A stretch of 64,000 bases of DNA, taken from the human T2T-CHM13v2.0 reference genome, Homo sapiens. Positions 12,893 through 25,436 of the stretch are shown here, in pieces; the first letter of the stretch is position 1, and each line of letters starts with the position of its first letter. The notes beneath the pieces were generated by a model. The model worked only from the letters and a program-made list of their open reading frames with translations. It was not told the origin of the DNA and searched no databases. The stretch lies in NCBI RefSeq assembly GCF_009914755.1, contig NC_060948.1. The stretch is one strand, 5' to 3'. The position numbers and the translations under genes were made by a program.

Positions 12893-14196
12893 ATCCAGCT
12901 TCTGAGACCTCAATAATGTTTATGTGCAAGGCATTCTTACTGCTTATATGAAGATTCAAAAGAACTGCAAGAGCATTTAGCAGAAAAGGAGTCACTGGGC
13001 TTAAATATTATTTAAAAAATAAAATTAAGTCTTGAAAGGTAGACAGGAAGGAGTACAATATTCTTAAATTAAGTGGATATGACAGAAGTGCAGAGTTATG
13101 AAATATGAGGGCATGTAAATCAATAATTAAGGTTGTACTGGGATGTTTAAACATTAACACAAGATCCTTAGTGTAAGATTGGAAATTATTTGAGGAGAGA
13201 ATTTAGAACTAAGCAACCTGAGGTGAGCAGTAGGATTGAACAGAAGTAATATTTTTGAAAAAGAGAATCATAAGATTGCAGACCAAACAGAAGAAAGCAA
13301 GACAATAAATAAGAGTTCTTAGCAAATAAGTTTAAGTACAACAAATTAAAATTCTTACTTAGTCCTCCACCCTAATATGGAGGAAATTGAAAACTGCCAT
13401 TTTCTATTTTACATTTCATATGTAGAGTATCGGTGAAATTAGGTATTTATTGACTTCAGGATACACAAGCCAACACATTTTCATTGGAAAATTAGCCATT
13501 GAACATATCATAGGTGAAAGACTGACCTCTAAGGAACAGCACATAAAGAGTATATTAAAGGAGAAGCTTTTCTATTTTGAAATAGCAACAATGTTGTAAT
13601 GACCCCTTTAACAGTATTGCTTATTGCAGTAAAAGTAAATCTTGGCCATCATTAGAAAGTTTTCACTAGTACATTTTAATTTGTCAACATTTAAGATAGA
13701 GCCAACCACTTAGAGATAAAGGAGAATTTTTTGTAAAAATTTAGCGTGCAGTCATTCAAAGGTAGCATTATTTGTGTGTGAGGTGGATTGAACAACATGG
13801 CAAAATTTACCTTCTTCAGCTGAGAAAGGACAATGTATATAACTTTAAAATTCGTGAAGAGTTTGGTGGTTTTACATGTTTTCCCTGTGTCATTGGTAGT
13901 CATCAGTAATTAATATGAAAAGAAAAATAATAATTAAGTAGTTATTTACCATTACAAATGAACTTTTACCTAAGAATTAATGTCTGCCTTCTGCTTTGTT
14001 AGAAGGACTGGGCTTGCGGGAGCCATGGGATTATCCAAAGCCATAAGAAATATTCACAATGCCATGACTTTCTAGTAATTTAAGGAACAAAGAACAGAGT
14101 CATAGAAGAAATAATTTTAAAAAGTTGTTTAAGAGAAGAGAAAATAGTGTTTCAGACTGGCTGTTCTTTACATGTTTCATCATTTTAATATTAAAG

Positions 14197-14308
14197 GTCC
14201 CATATCACATGGAAGAGAGAATTACGGAAGTCCTCCATGCAGAGAGCCAATCTCTTCCCGGAGAAAAGACCATATGTCTCCAAGAGATGGTTATGCAACT
14301 AAGAATAG
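14197..14308 (+). pseudogene. RBMY: RBMY exon 6
   Basis: [37 protein letters not shown]|gtaaag. Confidence 0.93.
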
Positions 14309-14339
14309 GTAAAGATAAAACGGAAAAAATAGTCGATTT

Positions 14340-15130
14340 TTTTTGTTATGGTGATGAAATTCACATAACAAAATTAAATATTATAAGGTAAACAGTTAAG
14401 TGGCATTAAATATATTCTGTGTTATGCAGCAACTACCTCCATCGAGTTCCAAAACATTTTTGTGACTCCAAACTAAAACTCCAACTACCAGTTGAGCAGT
14501 CGCTTTCATTTTCTCCCTTCCCTCAGCTGCTAGCAAACACCAATCTGTGTTCTGCCTCTGAACTTACATGTTGTGGGCATTTAATGTTATGGGCTCACAC
14601 ACTGCATGACTTTTTGTATCTGTCTCCTTTCCTTTTGTATCATGTCCCGAAGTTTCATTTACATCATAGCACTTCACTCCTTCCACAAGCTGTTAACCCA
14701 TTATTTTATTTGGGTTGTTTCCACCACAGTATTTCTATGCTCCAGTATTTGTTTGAGTACACTTATTCAATTTTGGGTGTATATATACGTGGAATTGCTT
14801 GGTCCTATGATAATTATGTTTGTTTTCTTGAGGAAGCACCACATTTCTCCTAGTAGCTGCATCATTTTCCATTCCAGGTAGCATTGTATCAAGGTTCCAA
14901 TTTATCTTCACCCTCTCAAACAATTGCTATTTCCTGCTTTTTAAAATTTATTGCCATTCTAGTGTGTGTGTGAAGAATGGTATCTCACTTTGGATTTGAA
15001 ATGCATTTTCTGAATCACTGATTATGAGTATCTGTTCCATGTGCTAGTTGGGCATTTGTCTAGTTTATTTGGGGAAATATCTATTTAGATGTTTGGCCTT
15101 TTAATTTTGTTTAAGTTGTAAGTTAGTTAT
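14340..15130 (-). mobile_element. Old L1 (L1M-type) 3' fragment in RBMY intron 6
   Basis: Antisense L1 3' UTR/ORF2-end motifs (GGAATTGCTTGGTCCTATG, TGGTATCTCACTTTGGATTTGAAATGCATTTTC). Confidence 0.65.
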
Positions 15131-15187
15131 GTTTTGGAAACTAATTGATGAAAATTCAAAATTCGGTGCTTAAACTTATGCATACAG

Positions 15188-15298
15188 AAATCATCCACTT
15201 TCCCAAGAAACTAGTGATTATGCTCCACCATCTAGAGACTATGCGTACTGTGATTATGGTCATTCTAGTCAGGGTGAATATTCCTTTAGAGAATATAG
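15188..15298 (+). pseudogene. RBMY: RBMY exon 7: the single 111-bp SRGY-box exon
   Basis: [36 protein letters not shown]; 37 codons, only one copy. Confidence 0.92.
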
Positions 15299-15379
15299 GT
15301 ACTATAACATTTCCTGGATTTGTCAAATAGATTTCTTAAATGGTTCATTCTGACATTAAGAATTTTTTTTTCAATTTAG

Positions 15380-15468
15380 TGATCGTGATGGCTACAATGA
15401 CGCCCGTGGTAGAGATCATTCTGAACGTCCATGTGGAAGTTCTTATAGACATGTATTTCAGAGATAAG
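15380..15468 (+). pseudogene. RBMY: RBMY exon 8, premature TAA at 15465-15467
   Basis: DRDGYNDARGRDHSERPCGSSYRHVFQR*|gtaagg. Confidence 0.92.
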
Positions 15469-15874
15469 GTAAGGGTCCAGGATGGATTTGTAAATTATAG
15501 AATTGTATTTAATAGACCAGATCATTATTTTAATGAAATTATAAGGAAAAGTATAAAGGACAAATATAACATGTTTAAATATTGAGCATTCTTAGCAGTA
15601 TAAAGCACAGGGAATGATATGAAGGTGAGAACTTCACTACACATTCAGAAAATATGACTCAATGTTTACTTTAGAGTTAAATTTGTTAAGCTTCAAATAC
15701 TACTCTTACACTTCTTTTTAATAAAACTTTCTGACTCTTGCAGGCATAATTAATATCCTGTCAACAAAGGCAGACAAAAGTAGATATTTCCAAATAGTAC
15801 TTTAATTCATGCTTTAGTGATAGCTGTAATGATGTTTAAATGTAGTCCAACATATTATTTTACCAACCCTGCAG

Positions 15875-16450
15875 GTACCTCTCATGGTGCACCACCAGCA
15901 TGAGGGCCTCAGTTGTCTTACGGTGGAAGAAGCCGCCATGATTATAACAATACATGAGATAGATACGGCAGAAGTCAAGAGAGTTACGCAAGGAGATGTG
16001 GTGATTTTTATTCCTGTGGTCATGAGCATGTTGGCAGAAAAGACCTAAGGAATCCACCTTCTCTAGGTAGGGTGCACCCTGCTCCTCGTGAAACATGTGG
16101 TAGCTCAAGTTATGTGGCATCTACAGGAGATGGTGGGGAAAGTTGATCTGGAAAAAAGAGCCAGAAGCAGATATTAAAGCAAGTATTCAAAATAATAGTT
16201 ATTGCATACCAAACCTTGTTTTCAAATCGAAAATTGACATGTTATTTCTGCATCGTTACCTGTGTCTTGCTAAAAGAAACCTGTTGGTTTTGTGGAGAGA
16301 GGTAGATACTAACTTCCTCCATTAATTTTTTGAGGTATTCAAAGGAAGAGGAATTTTTTTCAAAGTAATTTCGTACTTGCTAATGCTTTTTAAGAACTAT
16401 TTAGATGTAATATCTGCATTAAAATTTTCAGAATAAAATTTTACATGTAA
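15875..16450 (+). pseudogene. RBMY: RBMY last exon (original stop 16175-16177) and 3' UTR
   Basis: GTSHGAPPA*GPQLSYGG...NT*DRYGRS...[13 protein letters not shown]...[17 protein letters not shown]...SRY*. Confidence 0.92.
16432..16437 (+). terminator. Putative RBMY polyadenylation signal AATAAA
   Basis: AATAAA about 255 bp after the ancestral stop codon. Confidence 0.6.
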
Positions 16451-17061
16451 TCCAAAATGCCTGATGTTATTGCTTAACAGCACATGCTTAAAAGCAAATT
16501 CAATAGGAGAGTAAATTGCATTGTTTGTTGAATGTTTTCCTTTGTTTCTTTGAACATAAATAGATACAAAATTAGGCATATGTTATGTCTCCCTTGAAAG
16601 CTGCACAAGTTTTCGAATTAGGCTGTTTCTCTTTAAAAACTTACAAGCTTACAATGTTTGCATCCTCTTCAGAAAGACTACAAAACTGTCTGCCTCACTA
16701 TACAAAATTTATCTTTTAGAGGACTAGTATAGGTCAAAAGAAATAATTAGATGTGGTTGATACTAAAGTTTAAGACATCTGGAACATTCTATTTGAAGCA
16801 TTCTGTGACTGAAGAGAGATAATGCTAATGAAAACTTTTTTTTTTTACCTAAATCAAAAGTGAACCAGCTAAATTTCTCAAGTGCATAACATAATGAAAT
16901 TAAATGTTCGTAGTTTAAATAGTGGAAAGCAAGTGTTTTGTCTTAGAAGGTAGTCATGTTATTTTTTTTCTTGAAAGTTTTGACAATGGTTGTTGTAAGT
17001 CATGGTTTAGTAATAAGTTGTTACAAATAGGAATAATCTAGAGTGGCTGGAATTTCATCAG

Positions 17062-17349
17062 TTTTTTTTTTCTTTTTCAGATGGAGTGTAACTTTATCGC
17101 CCAAGCTGCGGTGCAGTGGCTCCATCTTGGCTTACTGCAACCTCCACCTTCTGGGTCCAAGCTCTTGTCCTGCCTCAGCCTCCTGAATAACTGGTATTAG
17201 ATAAGTGTGCACTACAGCTGGCTAATTTTTTGTATTTTTGGTACAGACAGCGTTTCACCATGTTTGCCAGGCTGTTCTTAAAATCCTGATCCACCCTCCT
17301 CCGACTGCCAAAGTTCTAAGATTACAGGCATGAGCCACTGCTCTCAGCC
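17062..17349 (-). mobile_element. Alu SINE
   Basis: Poly(T) plus antisense Alu body. Confidence 0.88.
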
Positions 17350-17530
17350 TATCAGATTTAATTCATGATATGAATGGAAGCACTTTAAACCTCATACTTT
17401 TGGGAAGTTAAGTGTATAAAATGTAAAACCACAGCATAACGTTTCAGACAGGGGATTGCTTAAAGGTGTAATAAATCATCAAATGATAAAAATAAAAAGA
17501 TTTGGACTTAAATAACTAAACCAATTAATT

Positions 17531-19013
17531 TTTCTTTTTATTTATTTATTTATATTTATTTTATTATTATTATTTTCTTTTTTTGTTTTTGTTTTGTTTT
17601 GTTTTTTTAATTGATCATTCTTGGGTGTTTCTCACAGAGGGGGATTTGGCAGGGTCATAGGACAATAGTGGAGGGAAGGTCAGCAGATAAACAAGTGAAC
17701 AAAGGTCTCTGGTTTTCCTAGGCAGAGGACCCTGCAGCCTTCTGCAGTGTTTGTGTCCCTGGGTACTTGAGATTAGGGAGTGGTGATGACTCTTAACGAG
17801 CATGCTGACTTCAAGCATCTGTTTAACAAAGCACATCTTGCACCACCCTTAATCCATTTAACCCTGAGTGGACACAGCACATGCCCCAGAGAGCACAGGG
17901 CTGGGGGCAAGGTCACAGATCAACAGCATCCCAAGGCAGCAGAACCCCTCCCAGTACAGAACAAAATGAAGTCTCCCATGTCTGCTTCTTTCTACACAGA
18001 CACAGCAACAATCTGATTTCTCCATCTTTTCCCCACCTTTCCCCCCTTTCTATTCCACAAAACCGCCATCGTCATCATGGCCCGCTCTCAATGAGCCGCG
18101 GGGCACACCTCCCAGACGGGGTGGCGGCCGGCAGAGGGGCTCCTCACTTCCCAGAAGGGGCGGCTGGAGAGAGGTGCCCCCCACTTCCCGGACGGGGCGG
18201 CGGCCGGGCAGGGGCTGACCCCCAACCTCCCTCCCGGACGGGGTGGCTGCCGGGCGGAGACGCTCCTCACTTCCCAGACTGGGCGGCTGCCGGGCGGAGG
18301 GGCTCCTCACTTCTCAGATGGGGCGGCTGCCAGGCGGAGGGGGGCTCCCCACTTCTCAGATGGGGCGGCCGGGCAGAGACGCTCCTCACCTCCCAGACGG
18401 GGTCGCAGCCGGGCAGAGGCGCTCCCCACATCTCAGACGATGGGTGGCCGGGCAGAGACGCTCCTCACTTCCTAGACAGGATGGCGGCCGGGAAGAGGCG
18501 CTCCCCACTTCCCAGACTGGGCAGCCGGGCAGAGGGGCTCCTCACATCCCAGATGATGGGCGGCCAGGCAGAGATGCTCCTCACTTCCCAGATGGGGTGG
18601 CGGCCAGGCAGAGGCTGCAATCTCCGTACCTTGGGAGGCCAAGGCAGGCAGCTGGGAGGTGGAGGCTGTAGCTAGCTGAGATCACGCCACTGCACTCCAG
18701 CCTGGGCAACATTGAGCACTGAGTGAAGGAGACTCCCTCTGCAATCCCGGCACCTCGGGAGGCCGAGGCTGGCAGATCACTGGCGGTTAGAAGCTGGAGA
18801 CCAGCCCCACCAACACAGCGAAACCCTGTCTCCACCAAAAAAATACGAAAACCAGTCAGGCGTAGCGGCGCGCGCCTGCAATCGCAGGCACTCGGCAGGC
18901 TGAGGCAGGAGAATCAGGCAGGGAGGTTGCAGTGAGCAGAGATGGCAGCAGTACAGTCCAGCTTCGGCTAGGCATCAGAGGGAGACCGTGGAAAGAGAGG
19001 GAGAGGGAGAGGG
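17531..19013 (-). mobile_element. Full-length SVA retrotransposon with short VNTR (probably an older subfamily)
   Basis: Plus-strand order: T-rich tail 17531-17608, SINE-R ~17609-18105, GC-rich VNTR ~18105-18610, Alu-like ~18611-18990, (GGGAGA)n hexamer ~18995-19013; flanking repeat ACCAATTA at 17520 and 19015. Confidence 0.96.
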
Positions 19014-19314
19014 CACCAATTATACTGATTATACAACCTAAAGAAATGAAATACATGAAATTCCAGAAGTTTTACAGTCCATAATTCTTACAATTAACAG
19101 ACTAATCTGCAATGAGGAAATATTTTCTTGATAAAATTTTCACAAGATCTTAATTTTTATAGGGTAAGGGTGCAAATAATTTTAAAGGGAGAAGTTGCCA
19201 ACTTTGATTTTCAAGTGAATTATTCATATTATGAAGTTGTGTTTTCATTCACCTATAATGTAGGATTGTGAGGATGAAGTGAAAAAATAAAACTCCCTAG
19301 TCTTGTGTATCTTA

Positions 19315-19607
19315 CTGCCCAGGTGTGATGGCTCAGGTCTTTATTTCCAGCATGTTTTGAGTCCAAGGCTTGCAGATCATTTTAGGTCAGGAGTTCAAGA
19401 CCAGCCTGGCCAACACCATGAATCCCCATCTCTACCAAAAATATAAAAATTAGCTGGGTATGGTGGTGCACGCCTGTAGTATGTTACAGTTAACTGGGGC
19501 ACTCAGGTAGGAGAATCGTTTGAACTGGGGAGCCTGAGGCTGCAGTGAGCTGATATTGCACCATGCACTCTAGCTTGGGTGACAAAGCGAGACTCCAAAT
19601 CAAAAAT
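19315..19607 (+). mobile_element. Alu SINE
   Basis: Alu dimer. Confidence 0.88.
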
Positions 19608-19673
19608 AATTATATAAGTCAACACATATATAAATAATAAATAGGGTATCCTTCATTTCATGCACTTATCAAT

Positions 19674-19985
19674 TCTTTTTTCTTTTTTGGACACAGTGTC
19701 TTACTCTGTTGACCAGCCTGGACTGCAGTGGCACTGTCAAGGCTCACTGCAGCCTTGAACTCCTAGGTTCAAATGCACAAGCCCCATTCCAGCCTCCCAA
19801 GTAGATGGAATTGCAGTCACACACCACTGTGCCCAGCTTTTGTGTTTGTGTGTGTGTGTGTGTTTGTGTGTGTGTGGTAGGGACAATGCTTTAGATAGAT
19901 TTTTCAGGCTGGTCTCAAATTCCCAGGCTTAAGTGATCCTTCTTACTTGGCCTCCCAAAATGTTGTGATTATAGCCATGAATCTG
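19674..19985 (-). mobile_element. AluJ-like SINE with (TG)n in the linker
   Basis: GGCTCACTGCAGCCTTGAACTCCTAGG; TG run 19841-19875. Confidence 0.85.
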
Positions 19986-20784
19986 ACATAACATTTCTTG
20001 GTATGAGCGACATTACAGCTTCACTCTATTAATTCTTTTGGGACATACAATAAATCATTATTAAATGTACTCATCCTGTGCTACTGAACACTAGATCTTA
20101 TTCCTTCTAAGTAACTATAATTTAACCCAACCCCATCCCCTCTTTGATCCCTTCCTTACCAGTACACATTGCTTGTATCAAAATATCACATGTATGCCAA
20201 AAATACCTACAACTGTTATGTACAAATTTTTTAAATAAGTAAAATATCAATAAAATGATATCTCCAACAAGGTGATAAAATAGGAGGCCCTATTTTGTTC
20301 CTCCATCCACAAATGCAAAAAATAAGCCACACTGACATCAATTCCCTGTGAGATAAACTCAGAAATTAGTTGAGATACTCTTCCACATAGGATTATGAAA
20401 ATATTCACTTAAAAAGAGGTAAGATAAACTGAATCATGATCTTGTTCTAGAGTTTATCTCTGACACATTGCCCTAGAATCCATAGGGAACTGTTATTTCA
20501 CAGCTTCTCTCAGAGGACTGAAGTATTAATCCACATATGTAATGCCCCACTTGTTAACAGCTTCTTCTCAATGAAATGATTCCTCATTCGCCTGTTTCTG
20601 GATTCTAACATAGATTGACATTCATAACTCTCCTAGGACCTCCAAGATAAAAGAGGTATTTAAATAGACATTCAAGCACTTCTGAAACTGTTTCCTCCTG
20701 GTTTACAGGATCTGAAGCAGTCAAGAAAGCTCAGCTCCCACTTTGTGTCTTGAAGAACTTAGATTGTACATCTAACACCTTGAC

Positions 20785-21091
20785 TTTTTTTTTTCCTTTT
20801 TCCTTTTGAGATGGCGTCTTGCTGTGTCACCCAGGCTGGAGTGCAATGGCACGATCTTGGCTCACTGCAACCTCTTGCCTCCCAGGCTCAAGTGATTCCT
20901 CTGCTTTAGCCTCCCAAATAGCTGGGATTACAGGTGGCCATCACCATGCCAGGCTAACTTTTGTATATTTTAGTAGAGACAAGTTTTCACCATGTTGGTC
21001 AGGCTGGTCTCAAACTCCTGACCGCAGGTGATCCACCTGCCTTGGCCTCCCAAAATGCTGGGATTACAGGCATGAGCCACCGCACCCAGCC
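20785..21091 (-). mobile_element. AluS-type SINE
   Basis: Antisense Alu with T-rich tail. Confidence 0.93.
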
Positions 21092-21427
21092 ATGTCTTGA
21101 CTTTTATAGCTTCTGCCCAAGTATCTTGCTTGTAATTCTCCTTACTTTTGAATCTCTCAAGGTCCTCTGAGAGCAGGCACGAAGGCATTTCTTATCAGTC
21201 TTCATCATCACTCACTCTAGCAATATACTCAGCTTCTAAATTTTCCTTCCAAGAAGTCAGAGTACCCAGCTATTGTCCTGACTTCTCAGGTTGCTGCCTA
21301 AGAGTTTGAATACTAATTTGCCAATCTCTGGAAGCTAATGAATCCCAGTTTTTTGTAATCTCAAGATTCTAAAGAGGAAAAAGAATTGTTTTATGAAAAC
21401 TCTGCATGATCTTTAAACTTCCCTATC

Positions 21428-21858
21428 GATATAGTTTGGATATTTGTCCCTCCAAGCCTTAGGTTGAAATGTGGTCTTCCACACTGTAAATGGCACCTAG
21501 TGTGAGCTGTTTGTTTGTGTCATGGGGATGGATGCCTCATAAATGGCTTGGTGACCTCGCCATGGTTTAATAAGTGAGTTTTCTGCTCTATTAGTTCCCA
21601 CAATGCAGCTTACATCCAAGTAAGTTGTTGAAAAGAGCCTGATACCTTCTCCCCTTCTCTCTCTTTCTGTCTCCACATGTGACATGCCTTATTTCCTTTT
21701 ACCTTCTGTCTTGAGTGGAAGCCTCATGAGGCTCTCATCAAATACAGATGCTGGCACCTCACAACTTTTACAGCCTGCAGAACCAGGAACCAATGGAAGA
21801 TCTTTTCTTTATAAATTTTCCAGTCTCATATTCTTTTATAGGAACACAGACTAAGACA
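21428..21858. mobile_element. MST-type (ERVL-MaLR) solo LTR
   Basis: GATATAGTTTGGATATTTGTCCC start; CAGCCTGCAGAACC...TTTTCTTTATAAATT...GACTAAGACA end. Confidence 0.8.
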
Positions 21859-22059
21859 TGTATCTCTGGCTGCTTACTTGCCTATATCAGTAAGCAGTGG
21901 AGATCAGCATTTACTATCTCCTGAGTTCCATAGAGGACAAAGAGGTGGTTTTCAATGGTCCTGTGAGTGCTTCCTTATATCCAACCCTTGGCTTGCTCTA
22001 GCTTTCAGCTTCTCCGTGAAAGCACCCCAACCTTTTAAACTCCTCCCTTAGGACAAGTA

Positions 22060-22403
22060 TTTTGTTGTTGTTTTTGTTTGTATTTATTTGTTTGTTTGTT
22101 TGTTTCTTGAGATGGAGTTTCACCCTGTCACCCAGGTCGGAGTGTAGTGACGTGATCTCAGCTCACTTCAACCTCCACCTCCTGGGTTTAAGAGATACTC
22201 CTGCCTCAACCTTCTGAGTAGTAGCTGGGACAACAGGCACATGGCACCAGGCCTGGCTAATTTTTGTTTTGTTTTGTATGTTTAGTAGAGAGGGGATTTC
22301 ACCTTGTTAGCCAGGATGGTCTTGACCTCCTGACCTCATGATATGCCTGCTTCGGCCTCCCAAAATGCTGGGGTTACAGGTCTGCGCTACTGTGCTCAGC
22401 CTG
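22060..22403 (-). mobile_element. Alu SINE with (TTTG)n tail
   Basis: Antisense Alu body. Confidence 0.9.
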
Positions 22404-23697
22404 GACCAGACTTAACTTGCCTGTTTCTAGGGTCTGATGCGACAGAACAGGCATTCTGTGACTCTGCTAATTCCCACCGTCTCTGCAAAAAACCTCAACT
22501 CACAACTATCCTTAGATACGGACACCTGAGTGAATGATTCTATAGCTTGGGATTGGATCTCTGACACATTTTTTTAACTGTAGAACTGAGAATAGCCACA
22601 CAGATAGGATAAAAGAACAGTTTTAATTTGATGCTTTTTCTCCTCCCCAAGCCAGCACAATGTTGCATACAAAAAATTCCCCTGAACTCACAGTTTCTTC
22701 ACAGAGGAGAGAGTTGAAGATGTACATTCTGTCCTTTCTTTTCCATTTTGCAATTCGTCACATGAAGTTCTCTCTAGTCTTACCCTGTGGGAAACAGTGG
22801 GGGTATCAGACAATGGCGGTCAATTAGAAACAAAGTACATGGGTGGGGCTCACAGTGACCATAACAGTAATCTTATTCATGGCTTTGCATTCCAGCCAGC
22901 AGAGTTGCACCATCAGAAAAACTAGGCAACAGCATCATTCTGCAGCAACCAACCATGGTTGATGGGTCTGCCAGGCTCAAATCACTGGCCAACTGACAAA
23001 TCCCACCCTGGTTTTCTCTGCAAAACTTCCAAGGCTGTGACAAAGAGGCAGCTTGGTGATTATCCACGGAAGGGTCATGTGACCCCACCCATTCCCAGCT
23101 GCCATACTTTTGACCATCCTAGCCCTGTATTCTCCACCCATCCCCAGGCTGAAAAGCAGAGGCAATTTAGTGGTTGAGGATGAATTTTCTGGCCCTACCT
23201 GGACCCAGTGGGCAAGTAGCTTATATAATAAGTCTTGGTACCCCTAGAAGGAAGTTCACTTCTGATATATCTAATGGAAATCACTGGGGCATTAGAATCT
23301 GTAGAGCACATGACTTTATTGAGAAACAGATAATCCCATGCTCAGCTCCAGCCCTTCCCACTGCTGTTGGGAAGCAACTACCCTGCTGGGAAAAGTGCCT
23401 GTCTGAGCTGATGAATGCAGTCTATCCAGGCTCTGTCCAGCAGAAAATGGATCTAGACTCTCCAGGCTTTGTCTCCTATAGGGATGACCCACTCTCAGCT
23501 CTGGCCCTTCCACTTTAGTCAGGGAACTCTATAATCCTTGAGAAACTTTCTGGGCAATGTGCAACTTTCTTAGGAGAGACCAGGATTTAAATGATCTGTT
23601 CAACAGCAGATGTCAAGGGATCTGGTTGTCAGCCCCAGGCCCTCTTGCTGCAGGCACAAAATTAGCCCATCTGTGCAGAGACCTTCCAGAATCATTA

Positions 23698-23786
23698 GTA
23701 ATAAATAACCTACAAGCCAAAAAAAAAAAAAAACACCCAGGAACCGACAGATTCCAGATGAATTCTACCAGATCTACAAAGAGCTG
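23698..23786 (+). mobile_element. Short L1 ORF2 fragment
   Basis: ATAAATAACCTAC...CCAGGAACCGACAGATTCC...GAATTCTACCAGA parallels L1 at 56470-56550. Confidence 0.6.
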
Positions 23787-24096
23787 CATCATATTCCATT
23801 GTAAGAGTGATCCCAGTTTTTTCAACCGGTGTGCTTACACACACTCACTCAAAAAAAGCACACACCTATGTTTCATGTTTTCTCAAAAAGCTGCAGTGGA
23901 AATGCCAAGCTGGCCTCTGGTGTCTTCCAAAGGATCAGTGGGGAAGGACCCATTCCTTTGCTTGCCTTACATTGTCGCCAGCAGCCTTGTCCTCAATGGC
24001 AGTTGTTCAGTGGTTTCTTACGGCTCTCTAGAGAACCTGCAATTATATTTATTTATATGGTTTACAATATATTCTTAGCCTTTATCTCTAAACATG

Positions 24097-24250
24097 AGGC
24101 TGGGTACAATGGCTCAAGTCTGTAATTTCAGTACTTTGAGAGGCTGATGTTGGAGGATCCTCTGAGCCCAAAAGTCTGAGACTACAGTGATCTGTGATTC
24201 AGCCTGGTAACAGAGCAAGACCCTGCCTCTAAGTAAATAAATAATAAAAA
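24097..24250 (+). mobile_element. Alu monomer/internally deleted Alu
   Basis: GGCTGGGTACAATGGCTCA...CAGAGCAAGACCCTGCCTCT plus (TAAA)n. Confidence 0.75.
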
Positions 24251-24859
24251 TACAACTGATAGTAATATTTTTGTTTTACAGTTTTGGAAACACAAATTTC
24301 CTTGATCAGATAAATGAATACTTGATAGTCACTAACACAGCACATTTGCTTGTGTATGGGAACCAGTGCAGGAAAGCAGTAGGATTGGATGCTCTTTCCC
24401 CTTGATCTCTGAACATGTATATACTGTGATAATAAAGAGTGAATTTGGATCAGGGAGTCTTTCTGCCAGAGCCATCAAAACTGTGGAAATAAAACCCTCC
24501 ACAAGTCAGGAAACAAAACAGTCTTTACTGGTAATAGTAACTATAAAATCTTTTGCAGATTTCATTTCATTTTTAATTTAGTGTAAATTAGGCAGCATAA
24601 CACAGACTACCCTGCTGCTAGTAGTATGCAATTTAATGACAAAAGTCAATTAGACTTGGTTGTTTAAAACTACAGAAATCTTAATTAACATCATAGTTAC
24701 ATGAGTAATTTTGAAAATATAAACCAGCTTATTTTAAACTTTCAGTTAGTCCACTAGATACCGAAATATTATTTGAAACACATTTCAAAATTCATGTGGA
24801 TAATGGGCAAAATGACAAGCTTTTATTTTTATTAATTTCCTTTTGGTTTTATGCCTTTC

Positions 24860-25092
24860 ATTCTCTCTTTTCTCCCTTTCCTCCCTTCCTTCTTTCCTTC
24901 CTTCCTTCCTTCCTTCCTCTCTCTCCCTTCCTTCTCTCCCTCCCTCCCTCTCTCTTTCTCTCTTCCTGCCTTCCTTCCTGCCTGCCTGCCTGCTCACCCT
25001 CCCTCCCTCCTTCCTTCCCTCCCTCCCTCCTTCTCTTCCTTTCTTCCTCCCTTCCTTCTTTCTTTTTTTCCTCTATCTCTGTTTCTCTCTTT
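24860..25092. repeat. Polypyrimidine (CCTT/CCCT/CCTG)n low-complexity tract
   Basis: Directly visible. Confidence 0.95.
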
Positions 25093-25094
25093 GA

Positions 25095-25395
25095 TTTTTT
25101 TTTTTTTAGGCAAAACCTTGCTCTGTCACCTAGGCTGGAGTGCAGCAGCATGATCTCATCTCACTGTAACCTCCCCATCCTGGGTTCAAGCAGTTCTCCA
25201 GTCATACCCTCCTGAGTACCTGCAACTGCAGGCATATGACACCGATCCTGGCTTTTTTTTTTAAATTGTATTCTTAGTAGAGACCAGGTTTTACAATGTT
25301 TGCTCAGGCTGGACTCGAACTTCTGTCCTCAAGTGATCCACCCACCTTAGCCCCTCAAAATGCTGGGATTCCCAGCATGAGCCAAAATGCCCACC
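25095..25395 (-). mobile_element. Alu SINE
   Basis: Antisense Alu. Confidence 0.88.
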
Positions 25396-25436
25396 AAGTG
25401 TTACGCATTTCTCTCCTCACTCATCTCTCTTATCTC

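Noticed and set aside
17615-19056. Several long ORFs (up to 264 aa) over the SVA
   Set aside because: Routine open frames of GC-rich SVA VNTR, Alu-like and SINE-R sequence; not genes
24785-25215. ORFs over the CCTT tract
   Set aside because: Low-complexity repeat plus Alu
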